A DNA stretch of 64,000 bases from a virus, in the IMG/VR virus record IMGVR_UViG_3300035034_000989, positions 39,983 through 103,982 of that record. One strand, written 5' to 3'. Within the stretch, counting starts at the first letter, position 1. Every line of letters starts with the position of its first letter. Below are positions 48,727 to 58,204 of this stretch, in pieces. The notes below the pieces were generated by a model that saw nothing but the letters and a program-made list of their open reading frames with translations, did no database searches and was not told where the DNA came from. A program made the translations under genes and the position numbers.

Positions 48727-48936
48727 ATGGCAAGTTACAAATCGTGTGTTGAAAACTTTTGCAAGGAGTGCGTTTACGATCCTGTTGAGCCTGGTTCTTG
48801 GAGAAAGCAGGTAGAAGAATGCGGGCACTTTAATTGTCCACTGTGGGAAGTGCGCCCTAAAACAATGGGCACAATTGAAAAGGAGCGTGGCAAAGGCAAG
48901 AAAGCCGCGACCATTGAAATCAAGTCAGTTAATTAA
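48727..48936 (+). CDS. small Cys-rich protein
   Basis: CKEC...C...CPLWEVRP; promoter 48665-48692. Confidence 0.7.
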   Translation: MASYKSCVENFCKECVYDPVEPGSWRKQVEECGHFNCPLWEVRPKTMGTIEKERGKGKKAATIEIKSVN

Positions 48937-49033
48937 ACTTATTTAATAGGTTGACATTGTTTCAAACTTTGTTTAGTATATAGACACTGCATTAAGCGGT
49001 ATTAATTTTTAATCACACACAGAGGTATAGACA

Positions 49034-49444
49034 ATGTCTAAAGAAAATCCAGTAACTAAACCCGTAGCGAAGTCACCTGCTGAAACAGCACCAGTGACCA
49101 AGGCAGTTAAGAAAGATCGTAATACACTCATGTCGCAGGCACGCAAGTTATTTGATGCACAGTTAAAGCGTTGGGCAGATGACAAGTTCAAATCTGAAAA
49201 GCGTCCGTACGGCGCATTCCGTAGCACACTGATCGAAAAGTTTGAAACTGAGCTAGAAGTTTCTACTCCAAGTGCCGCAACCATGTTCAACAACTTGCGC
49301 AAAGCCGCACTAACTGCCAATCCTGATTTGGTATTACAACGAGATCCTAAGATTGTGCGCATCAAGTCCGACCGCAAGCCAGGTCGTCCTGTAGGCACAG
49401 CTAAGACAGATCAGCCAGCAGAAACTGCGAAAGAAACTGCTTAA
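49034..49444 (+). CDS. basic putative DNA-binding protein
   Basis: AATMFNN helix, PGRP AT-hook-like motif; GAGG RBS. Confidence 0.65.
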   Translation: MSKENPVTKPVAKSPAETAPVTKAVKKDRNTLMSQARKLFDAQLKRWADDKFKSEKRPYGAFRSTLIEKFETELEVSTPSAATMFNNLRKAALTANPDLVLQRDPKIVRIKSDRKPGRPVGTAKTDQPAETAKETA

Positions 49445-49461
49445 CTTAACAAGCAAGCTCA

Positions 49462-49491
49462 AAGAAAAAGGACCAGTTGGTCCTTTTTCTT
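49462..49491. terminator. intrinsic terminator
   Basis: AAGAAAAAGGACC-AGTT-GGTCCTTTTTCTT. Confidence 0.85.
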
Positions 49492-49569
49492 GTTTATCTG
49501 AAATAAAGGTAGACACAGAAGTGCTTCTCTAGTATTATTAACACATACACAAACACAGAGGAAAACGCT

Positions 49570-49872
49570 ATGGCAGACTGGATTAACAACATCGACTGGA
49601 ACATGACGATATGGGCTATTATATTTGTTATCTTTTGGTTAGCATTGGCAATTAGGCACCCAATAGCAACATTTGTTGCACTTGGTCTTGCTTGCATTTC
49701 TTTAGAAACACACTTCCAGGGTATTTGGTCATCTACAAATATTATATGGTCATACATCGGATGGAGCATGTTTGTTGCATTGTTTGTTACAAGACTAGGA
49801 CGAGTGTTCTTAATAGCGTTTGGTTTAGGATTTATTCTTAATTTCTTTATTGCCAATGGCGACCCCGACTAG
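49570..49872 (+). CDS. membrane protein
   Basis: Highly hydrophobic 100 aa. Confidence 0.7.
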   Translation: MADWINNIDWNMTIWAIIFVIFWLALAIRHPIATFVALGLACISLETHFQGIWSSTNIIWSYIGWSMFVALFVTRLGRVFLIAFGLGFILNFFIANGDPD

Positions 49873-49934
49873 AGATAACTAATAGTATAGGATGCATATT
49901 GTTGCATCACTGCATGCACAGAGGAACTGTCATA

Positions 49935-50375
49935 ATGAAATTTTTAACTCCGCTTATACTATTTGTTCTTACTTCAACAGCATCGGCAAATGCCTCTCAA
50001 ACGGATTTGGGCACAGCGCAACAAGAACCTCGTATAACAATAGAATTCCTAGCGCAGACATTTGCAATAGCAAACACTGCCTCGGTGTACTGCATTGAAA
50101 AATTTGATAAGGATGTGCCTGTACTACTAAGAGCAAAAAGTACACTCAGGCGCAGTCAAGAGATACGAAATATCTTCAATCGAACGAGTCGGTTTGAAAT
50201 TTCACCAAGTATAAAAATGCAAGTGGATCGAGATGCCAACCAATGGAGCAAGGGATATTTAGACGTTCTTGCCGTGAACCACGAAATAGAAAGTCAGATA
50301 TGTAATGAAAAGACATTCGTGTCTATTAATAGCAGTCTTGATTTAATATACCGAAGTATATTAAAGTCTGCATAG
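49935..50375 (+). CDS. secreted hypothetical protein
   Basis: MKFLTPLILFVLTSTASA signal peptide. Confidence 0.65.
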   Translation: MKFLTPLILFVLTSTASANASQTDLGTAQQEPRITIEFLAQTFAIANTASVYCIEKFDKDVPVLLRAKSTLRRSQEIRNIFNRTSRFEISPSIKMQVDRDANQWSKGYLDVLAVNHEIESQICNEKTFVSINSSLDLIYRSILKSA

Positions 50376-50424
50376 ACGCAACGTGCCGCGCTTGAAGCAC
50401 ACATAACACACAAGGAACACAAGA

Positions 50425-50670
50425 ATGGCGTACATACACAGCACAGCCTATCAGCAAGTAGAGAGCGCAATAGCAATGGCCAAAAATAGCACAAGTGATG
50501 ATCTCATGACTCTTGCAAAAAGATACGGAGTTAGCAACGTGGATATCACTGCTGTAATTGGACACGGAGTAATAATAGAAGGCAAGGAGGTTTTCCTTGA
50601 ACTCGAATACGAATACTTCACCCACGACGATCGATGTTTAATAACCACCTGCCAGGTAAAAATTATCTAA
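50425..50670 (+). CDS. hypothetical protein
   Basis: AAGGA RBS. Confidence 0.6.
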   Translation: MAYIHSTAYQQVESAIAMAKNSTSDDLMTLAKRYGVSNVDITAVIGHGVIIEGKEVFLELEYEYFTHDDRCLITTCQVKII

Positions 50671-50739
50671 AATACAGTTGACTTCTTGTGATGACACTGT
50701 ATAATTAATGTACAAGACACACAGCACAAGGATCACCAC

Positions 50740-51048
50740 ATGCAAGACGTTAAGCAATTCTATTACTACTCGGCAACAAGCAGAAGAACGGTGTTGCAAC
50801 AACAGAAAAACAATAAACCCGCATACAAGCTTGCGGTTGTTGAGGATTTAGAATCACTGCGCGATGAGCGGGGCAAGGAAAACATTCGCTTTGTTGTAAC
50901 TACTTCGTTTGGTCTAGCAAAAGAAAAACTTCAGTCTCGTCTACTACACTGTTGGACTGCTCTTTCCTGGCATGAGCATATTCAAGATGAAAACAAAAAC
51001 AAAACCGTAACACTATGGCAAGTAATTGCCATAGACGGGGAATCATAA
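50740..51048 (+). CDS. hypothetical protein
   Basis: Promoter 50678-50705, AAGGA RBS. Confidence 0.6.
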   Translation: MQDVKQFYYYSATSRRTVLQQQKNNKPAYKLAVVEDLESLRDERGKENIRFVVTTSFGLAKEKLQSRLLHCWTALSWHEHIQDENKNKTVTLWQVIAIDGES

Positions 51049-51350
51049 TGCAAGAAGTTCGAATTATCGACAAGCCATCTAGACTGTACAATATCATACA
51101 CCGTGCGTTTGATTACAACCAACAACAAACCGTATGGTTCTATTCTAAGAAAACCAAAGCTCGTTTAAAAAAGCATTCGGACTTGTGTTTTGATCATGCT
51201 CATCGCATGATCAAGAAACAAATGCAAGATAGCAACTGGGATCGTTATAGAATTGGATTGCATGGTCGGGTGAGCAATGGTGACTTTCGCTTTAAGATTG
51301 TAAATTTCCAGATCAAAAGAATCGATGACGAGATTACCAATGAAACATAA
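51048..51350 (+). CDS. hypothetical protein
   Basis: TAATG coupling. Confidence 0.6.
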   Translation: MQEVRIIDKPSRLYNIIHRAFDYNQQQTVWFYSKKTKARLKKHSDLCFDHAHRMIKKQMQDSNWDRYRIGLHGRVSNGDFRFKIVNFQIKRIDDEITNET

Positions 51351-51708
51351 AATGTACTGTGTGTTTGCTAAAGAGAGTGTCAAGAAGATGAACGGAGTGC
51401 GCGGAAAAATATGTACTCAAGCCGGTCACGCCTACCTGCATACCTTTCTTGACTCGTCAAAGTCATTCCCAGAACTCACAGACGCATACATCAACAGCGA
51501 CCACGCCTATAAAATTACGCTGGTAGTTGATACAGTTGACGAATTACATGTGCTTAGAGACGCATACCAAGGCGTGTGTGCCACCAATTTGATAACTGAC
51601 AAAGGGTTCACTGTGTTCAAAGAGCCCACTACCACATGCTTGGGAATTGGTCCCATCAGCGAAGATCTAATTGGTGATGATCTTGCTTCCATTAAAACCT
51701 TTTGTTAG
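51340..51708 (+). CDS. peptidyl-tRNA hydrolase, PTH2 type
   Basis: GKICTQAGHA, KITLVV, ITDKGFTVF..PTTTCLGIGP. Confidence 0.9.
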   Translation: MKHKMYCVFAKESVKKMNGVRGKICTQAGHAYLHTFLDSSKSFPELTDAYINSDHAYKITLVVDTVDELHVLRDAYQGVCATNLITDKGFTVFKEPTTTCLGIGPISEDLIGDDLASIKTFC

Positions 51709-51717
51709 AGAAATATC

Positions 51718-52050
51718 ATGATATGGACAATTTTATTAATTGTGGCGGTTGGTATGCTATTTTACCGAGCATACAAAAAGCAACAAGGATTCTGGTGCTG
51801 GGTTGTGACGATTCTTGTGATTGTCACAGGTTTGTTTATTGTAGTAACGTGGCAACCTGGCGGCGAATGCAACTGGTCAGTCACAGTAGAAAGCATTCAG
51901 GCAGTCGAAAACGGATCAGTTGTGTTCACTGATACCAACGGTATAAAACGATTAAGTGTAGACAGACTGTCTGTTGTAATCCCTGGGGAGGATGTTTGCT
52001 TAAGATACAATAGGATACCCATTTCTTGGATATGGCCAGGCTTCTTTTAG
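51718..52050 (+). CDS. membrane protein
   Basis: Two N-terminal TM helices. Confidence 0.65.
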   Translation: MIWTILLIVAVGMLFYRAYKKQQGFWCWVVTILVIVTGLFIVVTWQPGGECNWSVTVESIQAVENGSVVFTDTNGIKRLSVDRLSVVIPGEDVCLRYNRIPISWIWPGFF

Positions 52051-52158
52051 AGGTAACAAGTCCCGGGTCCAACTGGGAACGAAAGCCACTGATCGGTTAT
52101 ACAAATGCTGCCAGTGCGTTTGAAACTGTGGCAACATGGAACAAATTAAATAAAAGAG

Positions 52159-52187
52159 TTGACACACATAACGACCTAGTGTATTAT
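52159..52187 (+). promoter_or_regulatory. sigma70-like promoter for the tRNA-like RNAs
   Basis: TTGACA-N17-TATTAT. Confidence 0.75.
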
Positions 52188-52208
52188 GTGTGTAAGTTAA
52201 GTTTTTAA

Positions 52209-52422
52209 GGCCGTTTGCACAGTGTATTAAACTTATTTAGAGGGGTTGTGCAACCCTAGCGGAAGACAACTACGCGAATCTAATTAAGGCACGGGTGCGT
52301 TTGTATTAGTGAACTACTGTATGAAACAGAGGATTGATGCGTATTGCACACACGTATCGGCACTGCAGATTAAGTAAGGAACAAGTTATAAAGTGGGTTC
52401 GATTCCCTGACAACGGCCGCCA
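52209..52422 (+). ncRNA. 214-nt tRNA-like RNA
   Basis: Acceptor GGCCGTT/AACGGCC + G-CCA, T-loop GGGTTCGATTCCC, several internal hairpins. Confidence 0.65.
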
Positions 52423-52430
52423 CTTTCAAT

Positions 52431-52581
52431 GGTGGGATGAGTGCAAGGTCCGAGGTGTGTATTTGCAAGTACACACCTTATATGATCTTACCGCTGGGGT
52501 TGTTAGCAATAGCATGCACTCCCATTTTCGGATTTGCTAGCATGATGAAAATGTTGGGGGCTCGATTCCCCTGTTCCACCT
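52431..52581 (+). ncRNA. ~150-nt tRNA-like RNA
   Basis: GGTGGGA/TTCCACC acceptor, GGGGG-CTCGATT-CCCCT T-arm, nested stems; no encoded CCA. Confidence 0.6.
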
Positions 52582-52602
52582 CTCTATTTCAAGGCGTTGA
52601 TT

Positions 52603-52845
52603 ATGTTAAGTGCAGAATACTGGGAACCTTTTGAATTCGAGTTGCCAACAGGCACACTTGTATTTCGGATAGAAGACACTGACATTATTCGCCCAACTGA
52701 CTTTGTAAGAAGCGAACATCAACTAAGTAAATGGATACGCATGTCGGACCGATACACTGCATTGGTCAACCAAACACTCAGCAACATACACTGGCACTAC
52801 GGTCACGGATATATTATAACAGAAGTAATGAGGGAATATTTATAA
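52603..52845 (+). CDS. hypothetical protein
   Basis: ORF coupled to the next gene. Confidence 0.55.
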   Translation: MLSAEYWEPFEFELPTGTLVFRIEDTDIIRPTDFVRSEHQLSKWIRMSDRYTALVNQTLSNIHWHYGHGYIITEVMREYL

Positions 52846-53168
52846 TGTTTTGGAGAACACCTGTACTTTGGTTCAAAAGTTTTCAACAAGATTATAGCAA
52901 TCAGCCTGAGCCTGCGGCCAAGGCTGTTCAAGTCAAACTATACCCACACAACAAGTACCCTGGCTACTTCATAGACCCAGACAAACTCGTTGTATATTCA
53001 ATCAAATCCGGTACACTCAAGCCATTAAAGCTAGGCTCGTGGAGAGGCAAAGAAATATATACTCTTTCGCACCAGAACATCAAGCATTACTATCGTAGAC
53101 AATGGCTCAAGAAATGCATAAACAAGAATCCTATCGATAGTGTACTGCTGGAGGTTAAACGTGGATAA
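52845..53168 (+). CDS. hypothetical protein, NUMOD4-like
   Basis: YPGYFI...VYSIKSG.LK. Confidence 0.55.
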   Translation: MFWRTPVLWFKSFQQDYSNQPEPAAKAVQVKLYPHNKYPGYFIDPDKLVVYSIKSGTLKPLKLGSWRGKEIYTLSHQNIKHYYRRQWLKKCINKNPIDSVLLEVKRG

Positions 53169-53964
53169 TAAAAATTTGTTCTATTATAATCGCACAGATT
53201 CAATGAAGAAGTTAGTAAAGGAAAACCAGTTTCTGTTAAACACATCAGCTAACAGCACCGTGTGGAATGGAATGGACGAACAAACAAGATTTACAGCAAA
53301 TCTTAAAAAGAAAGATAGTAACTGGAAATACCGCACAGCACCGGTTCAGTACACATTAAACTCGCAGGGATATAGGACAGACGAATTCGAGGACATCAAT
53401 TGGCAAGAGTCAGTAGTTATATTTGGATGTTCAATGGCGTTTGGTATAGGAGTTACCGATTGCGAAACGGTATCCTCAATATTGTCGAAGATAATTGATA
53501 GGCCTGTAATTAATATGGCCATCTCAGCGTCATCAATTGACTATAATTTACATAATGCAATTGTACTTAGATCCGGATACCCAATGCCTAAAGCAGTAGT
53601 TGACGTATGGACTGGATACGATAGGACATTAATGTATAAAGAAACTCAGTTAATGTACCTAGGGCCGTGGTCCACTCAGGACCACCATGATCAGACAGGA
53701 CCTTATTGCGGCCTTGACTATATGCAAGAAAGGATGCAAGATACAACACACGCACAAGCACAGTCATTATTTAACACTAAACTAAGCAGACAACTGTGGA
53801 AAAACACAACCCACATCGAAGGAAGTTATTTTACGCATACGTCTAACCTGCTCGGGTGTTTTAAAATACCATTTTACGACCAGGCGAGAGACTTATACCA
53901 TCCCGGAATCGAAACAAATCAAACACTAGCAGAATATTTAGCAGAGGAGCTCAAGGGCATATGA
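53161..53964 (+). CDS. SGNH/GDSL-like hydrolase paralog 1
   Basis: NSQGYR, FGCSMAFG, IN, ARD..HPG. Confidence 0.75.
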   Translation: MDNKNLFYYNRTDSMKKLVKENQFLLNTSANSTVWNGMDEQTRFTANLKKKDSNWKYRTAPVQYTLNSQGYRTDEFEDINWQESVVIFGCSMAFGIGVTDCETVSSILSKIIDRPVINMAISASSIDYNLHNAIVLRSGYPMPKAVVDVWTGYDRTLMYKETQLMYLGPWSTQDHHDQTGPYCGLDYMQERMQDTTHAQAQSLFNTKLSRQLWKNTTHIEGSYFTHTSNLLGCFKIPFYDQARDLYHPGIETNQTLAEYLAEELKGI

Positions 53965-54752
53965 ATACGTATGATCACACCGGGTCCACAATAGACTTAA
54001 TTAACGCTAACGAATTCCAGTCACCGCCAAAGGAAACAGATTTCCTATTCAACGGTGGTGATTCTAAATCACTGTTCCGTAAGAATCTTAAAACACAACC
54101 ACATGACTGGAAATACCGCACAGCACCGGTTAGGTATACATTGAACTCACAAGGATACAGGACAGCTGAATTCAAAGATATAGTGTGGGAAGACTCAGTA
54201 GTTATATTCGGATGCTCTAACGTGTTTGGTGTGGGTGTTACCGACGACGACACACTGTCTTCGCAATTATCGAATATTATTGGGATGCCGGTTATTAATA
54301 TGGGATTTCCCGGATCTGGTACTACGCTAGCATTGCACCATGCCACAATACTTAGTGATAGGTACCCTACACCCAAGGCGGTAATTAACTTATGGGCTGG
54401 TGTAAATAGAACGTCGTACTACAGCCAGGACGCTATTCTCAATCACGGACCGTGGTCATTAGGAAAAGGAAAGTCTGGTAACGATTATATGACTCAATGG
54501 ATGAAGGATGAAACCCACGGTGAAGTACTAGCAATGCTTGCAAGCAGAGCAAGTAAAATACTCTGGGAAGATACCGTTTATCTAGAAACTACCTATGCGG
54601 AACCTACTGCAAATCTGTTAGAGTGCAGTCTTCAGCTTGCTACCGATAATGCACGAGACATCACCGAAACCGGAATCGCTCATCCCGGAAGAAAAAGCCA
54701 CTGTAACGTAGCAAAATATATTGCCGATACAATAACGTCACAGTTAACCTAA
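53961..54752 (+). CDS. SGNH/GDSL-like hydrolase paralog 2
   Basis: NSQGYR, FGCSNVFG, NMGFPGSG, ARD...HPG. Confidence 0.75.
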   Translation: MNTYDHTGSTIDLINANEFQSPPKETDFLFNGGDSKSLFRKNLKTQPHDWKYRTAPVRYTLNSQGYRTAEFKDIVWEDSVVIFGCSNVFGVGVTDDDTLSSQLSNIIGMPVINMGFPGSGTTLALHHATILSDRYPTPKAVINLWAGVNRTSYYSQDAILNHGPWSLGKGKSGNDYMTQWMKDETHGEVLAMLASRASKILWEDTVYLETTYAEPTANLLECSLQLATDNARDITETGIAHPGRKSHCNVAKYIADTITSQLT

Positions 54753-54853
54753 GGAGTTTTTACTTTGTAAGTCTTGCATGGCTACGTGCGAGCAGATAAG
54801 CCGGATAAGCGCGCCGTTCGTTTGAACTATAGTGGAGTACCGGCACTTTTATT

Positions 54854-55582
54854 ATGATATCGCATGACGAAGAATACCAAGCACTCATAAACACAATCCG
54901 TGATGAGAAAACGTGGAAACAACTGAGACCAGGTGTGTTTAGCAAACGTCGGTTCGTGTCGATTAATGTACAATCTTTTATTGTACTAGACTGCATGCCG
55001 GATAAACTGATATTATCACTGAATTGCCTCTTTCCGGAAATTGGGTTTAACCGAACTCGAGGTTGCGCAGAAGGTTTCTTAAATCCTTACAGTTATGAAA
55101 TGCATGTCAAGTACACACCCGAAGACGGACTAGTGTACACCAAGCTGTCATGCTCGGGAATAATGACCACCACCGGTAAGGTCGAACATGTATCGATTGA
55201 AATTCCTGATAACGCCCACATGACAATGGATGCCTACACAAAAAGAATAGAAGATGATATCAACGATGGATACAATTCGATGTCTGCACAAGAACAGTCT
55301 TTTTATATGTTGAGCGGTGGGGAGATGCGCGGGCGTGAAATACTGAAACAACTCCACAAACTGCATCATGAACTTGAGCTGACTTGTCGGCGTGCATGGA
55401 AACGCAAACGCAAGATGCGTATCTTTGAAATTGCAATAGGGCAATGGATAGACCAAACTCATTTTCCTCACAAGTACTCGAAGTGGGGCTTCGTTGGCGC
55501 CCACACGTTTAACTTTGTTGTAACCTATCACGTGGTACAAGTTTACCTGCAAACTTTGTTACTAGGAATATTCTTGCTATGA
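54854..55582 (+). CDS. hypothetical protein with C-terminal TM
   Basis: Long ORF. Confidence 0.6.
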   Translation: MISHDEEYQALINTIRDEKTWKQLRPGVFSKRRFVSINVQSFIVLDCMPDKLILSLNCLFPEIGFNRTRGCAEGFLNPYSYEMHVKYTPEDGLVYTKLSCSGIMTTTGKVEHVSIEIPDNAHMTMDAYTKRIEDDINDGYNSMSAQEQSFYMLSGGEMRGREILKQLHKLHHELELTCRRAWKRKRKMRIFEIAIGQWIDQTHFPHKYSKWGFVGAHTFNFVVTYHVVQVYLQTLLLGIFLL

Positions 55583-56439
55583 ATATATTATTAGACAGCT
55601 TGTTCACCAAAACCGGAATACAAAAAGATACATTTGTCAAGTCGGTGCGTGCAACAGGGCACAGCGTATATGTTTCCAAGTACCGTAGAAACATCACCGA
55701 TTTTGAAGTGGGCATACCACGCGACGAACCCTTGCTGGTGTACGGTTCAATACAGTTTGTAGAGGATGCGCTAAAGAACTTTAAATGCGCAGTTGCATTC
55801 TATAGCCAGCGAATTTTTAATTGTTCGTACTTCATGTCGCATTTGCCTATGACATTGTTTGTCAATTACGATGCAGAGTTTTGTCCAGTTGGTGTGTATC
55901 AGGAACAGCGAGCACGCCGAAAACATTACAACGAATGGAGTACTGCTGATGCTAAACACTACTTTGTGAGATCAGATAGTGGCCGCAAGCTGTTTGCAGG
56001 CAAGGTAATACCTACCGAACAAATGCATTGCTTCGCCACCGAAAGCCTCTCTAAGGACAGTATCGTATTGGTTGGTTGTGCCAAAGACATACGCGCTGAG
56101 CATCGGTACTTCATACACCGAAAAGAAATTGTGTCAAGGTGTATCACACATACAAATGGCAATGTATTCACAGTGCCGGATAAAAAAATAAGCCTGCAGG
56201 CGAACATTCCGTTGGACAAATTTGCTCTCATGGTTGCCGACATGGTCGATGAACTAGGTCACATGGACACCATGTATGTTCTTGATATTGCATCTTACAC
56301 AGAATATCAACATGGCAAGCCCAAGATTGGCATCATGGAGTTCAATGCCGCTAGCACATCAGACATGCACAATTGCAATGTAACTGCAATCTTTAGCGCA
56401 ATGGCAGAATGCATCGAAAAAGAAAATAGTTGTGATTAA
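55579..56439 (+). CDS. ATP-grasp-like protein (DUF4343/R2K type)
   Basis: YGSIQF, FVRSDSGRKLFAGKV, EHRYFI, VLDIA, IMEFN. Confidence 0.75.
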   Translation: MNILLDSLFTKTGIQKDTFVKSVRATGHSVYVSKYRRNITDFEVGIPRDEPLLVYGSIQFVEDALKNFKCAVAFYSQRIFNCSYFMSHLPMTLFVNYDAEFCPVGVYQEQRARRKHYNEWSTADAKHYFVRSDSGRKLFAGKVIPTEQMHCFATESLSKDSIVLVGCAKDIRAEHRYFIHRKEIVSRCITHTNGNVFTVPDKKISLQANIPLDKFALMVADMVDELGHMDTMYVLDIASYTEYQHGKPKIGIMEFNAASTSDMHNCNVTAIFSAMAECIEKENSCD

Positions 56440-56463
56440 ATCAAATATGTGTAATAATAAGAC

Positions 56464-56772
56464 ATGAAAAAATTAAAACCAGACACAGTTAAAAAAAGAT
56501 TGACATCAATTGCCAAAGAACTGCATATCGAAAGCGAACGACACGAAGTTACTAAACTAGACTTGCGTGCCAAGATGCTTGCAGTACAAGACAAGTGTCC
56601 ACATCAAGTCGAAGCACGGTGGCACGATACATGGGACGGCTGGGATGATCACATAGATCTCAAAGGACACCATGAATATTATTGTGTGCATTGTCACAAG
56701 ACGCTCAAAACCGATGTGGTTAGAACCGAGCATTATCGGTTATGGCCCGACTTTAAGAAACAATATGAATAA
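56464..56772 (+). CDS. hypothetical zinc-binding protein
   Basis: CPH...CVHC. Confidence 0.6.
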   Translation: MKKLKPDTVKKRLTSIAKELHIESERHEVTKLDLRAKMLAVQDKCPHQVEARWHDTWDGWDDHIDLKGHHEYYCVHCHKTLKTDVVRTEHYRLWPDFKKQYE

Positions 56773-56773
56773 A

Positions 56774-56843
56774 CTCTTCGGTAGGTTACAGATAGGGATT
56801 TTAAACCCCGCGTCTTGGAGTTCAATTCTCCACGTTGAGACCA
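56774..56843 (+). pseudogene. degenerate tRNA; best register gives anticodon TTA
   Basis: T-arm TGGAG-TTCAATT-CTCCA, A-CCA end, 5/7 acceptor pairs, truncated D-arm. Confidence 0.6.
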
Positions 56844-56847
56844 ATTA

Positions 56848-57285
56848 ATGGAGTGGTTCGAAGGCATGACATCTCACGCTGTGTTAAATGCATCATCGTT
56901 TCGTGTAATATATAAAAATACATTCAAGTTTGGTGTAAATTACAACGAAAAATTGTATCCAGTGATGCGCGTTATTAAGCTAAACTTCAAGTCTGCCGAT
57001 GCCTGGCACGCACGCAGATTCGATGGGCTTACTGTATCGTATAAAATGAGACCGCTAATAATATACCCGTGGGACGAATCAATACTCATGCTAGCGGGCG
57101 TTGATATACCGCACTACATTGACATGGTTGATCCCGACGCTGATTATATCAAACTTAATTACCCAGGACAATCAAAAATAACGCTAGCTATTCAACTCAC
57201 AATAGATGACCTACTCAACCATACCACAACCAGTAATGGTCGCATACTGAAAATTATGCCATGGCAGGTTCCATCCGGCACATAA
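56848..57285 (+). CDS. hypothetical protein
   Basis: ORF; start could be ATG 56866. Confidence 0.55.
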   Translation: MEWFEGMTSHAVLNASSFRVIYKNTFKFGVNYNEKLYPVMRVIKLNFKSADAWHARRFDGLTVSYKMRPLIIYPWDESILMLAGVDIPHYIDMVDPDADYIKLNYPGQSKITLAIQLTIDDLLNHTTTSNGRILKIMPWQVPSGT

Positions 57286-57298
57286 CAAAGGAAAGCAC

Positions 57299-58204
57299 AT
57301 GCTTAAAATATTCAATAAACTCTGGTACGTTAAGACACAATCAGCCAATCCAAACGATACCGACTTGTCTTACATGACGTACTACGAGGACAATGCGGCT
57401 TTCAAAAAGCGACAAGCAACTGGGTTAACATGGGCAGTACACGGCGCAAGCAAGACGGGCTTCATAGTAGACAACACACCTCAAGAAGGATTCAAAGTTG
57501 TGTCGGTTGAATCTCGATGGACCACCCAGAACAAGGTATTTAGAATACGTGACCCACGTGGTTTTGTTGTTGAGATTCCGGCAGGTAACCTAAACAAGAT
57601 ATTGGAGTGTGCCGTTGTAGACCACGGTGTTATACTGGGCGAATGTATTTGGGGTCGAGAAGTTGCTGACCACTTATTAATTCCTAAAAATTCCGTATTG
57701 TTTCAGGAAGCTACACTCAACATGGAAAAGCTAGATAGCAAGATCAAGATCAAAGATGTTGCAGTTGGTGAGATAATTGAACTAACTGGGCACAGCTCGT
57801 TAAACAAAGTCATATACCTAGGCAAGTTCAAGGGCAAGTACACCGGCGAAGCGACTGAATCCGGCAGTTGGGGATATAACCAGACACGTAACAGTATTTG
57901 CACATTTGATGAATATACAGATAAGAAATGGTGGTTATCATTTGTTAACGTATCGGCACTACGAACAATTGAAGGTGGTGGCGGTTTTGTAGGACATCAA
58001 AGTAGACGCACAGTCAAAGTAGTAGGACGATCAGGAGACAAAGTCGAAAGAGACATAGTGGACAAGCTACGCGCGATGATAAAGTACACCGATACAACCG
58101 AAGCATGCAAGCATTATCGAGCGGAGTTTAGACTAACGTCCAGGGGTCAACGAGATGACAGAGCCCGAATAACAGCATCGTTCCAAGGAGCAGAGTGGCA
58201 ATGA
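57299..58204 (+). CDS. conserved phage protein
   Basis: DNTPQEGF, DPRGFVVEI, ECIWGR. Confidence 0.75.
   Translation: MLKIFNKLWYVKTQSANPNDTDLSYMTYYEDNAAFKKRQATGLTWAVHGASKTGFIVDNTPQEGFKVVSVESRWTTQNKVFRIRDPRGFVVEIPAGNLNKILECAVVDHGVILGECIWGREVADHLLIPKNSVLFQEATLNMEKLDSKIKIKDVAVGEIIELTGHSSLNKVIYLGKFKGKYTGEATESGSWGYNQTRNSICTFDEYTDKKWWLSFVNVSALRTIEGGGGFVGHQSRRTVKVVGRSGDKVERDIVDKLRAMIKYTDTTEACKHYRAEFRLTSRGQRDDRARITASFQGAEWQ

Noticed and set aside
52209-52581. tmRNA, one- or two-piece
   Set aside because: RNA1 has no G3-U70 Ala acceptor, no convincing tag ORF was seen, and each unit closes its own acceptor stem
52334-52634. Short + strand ORFs over the tRNA-like RNAs
   Set aside because: No recognisable protein features; the sequence is better explained by RNA structure
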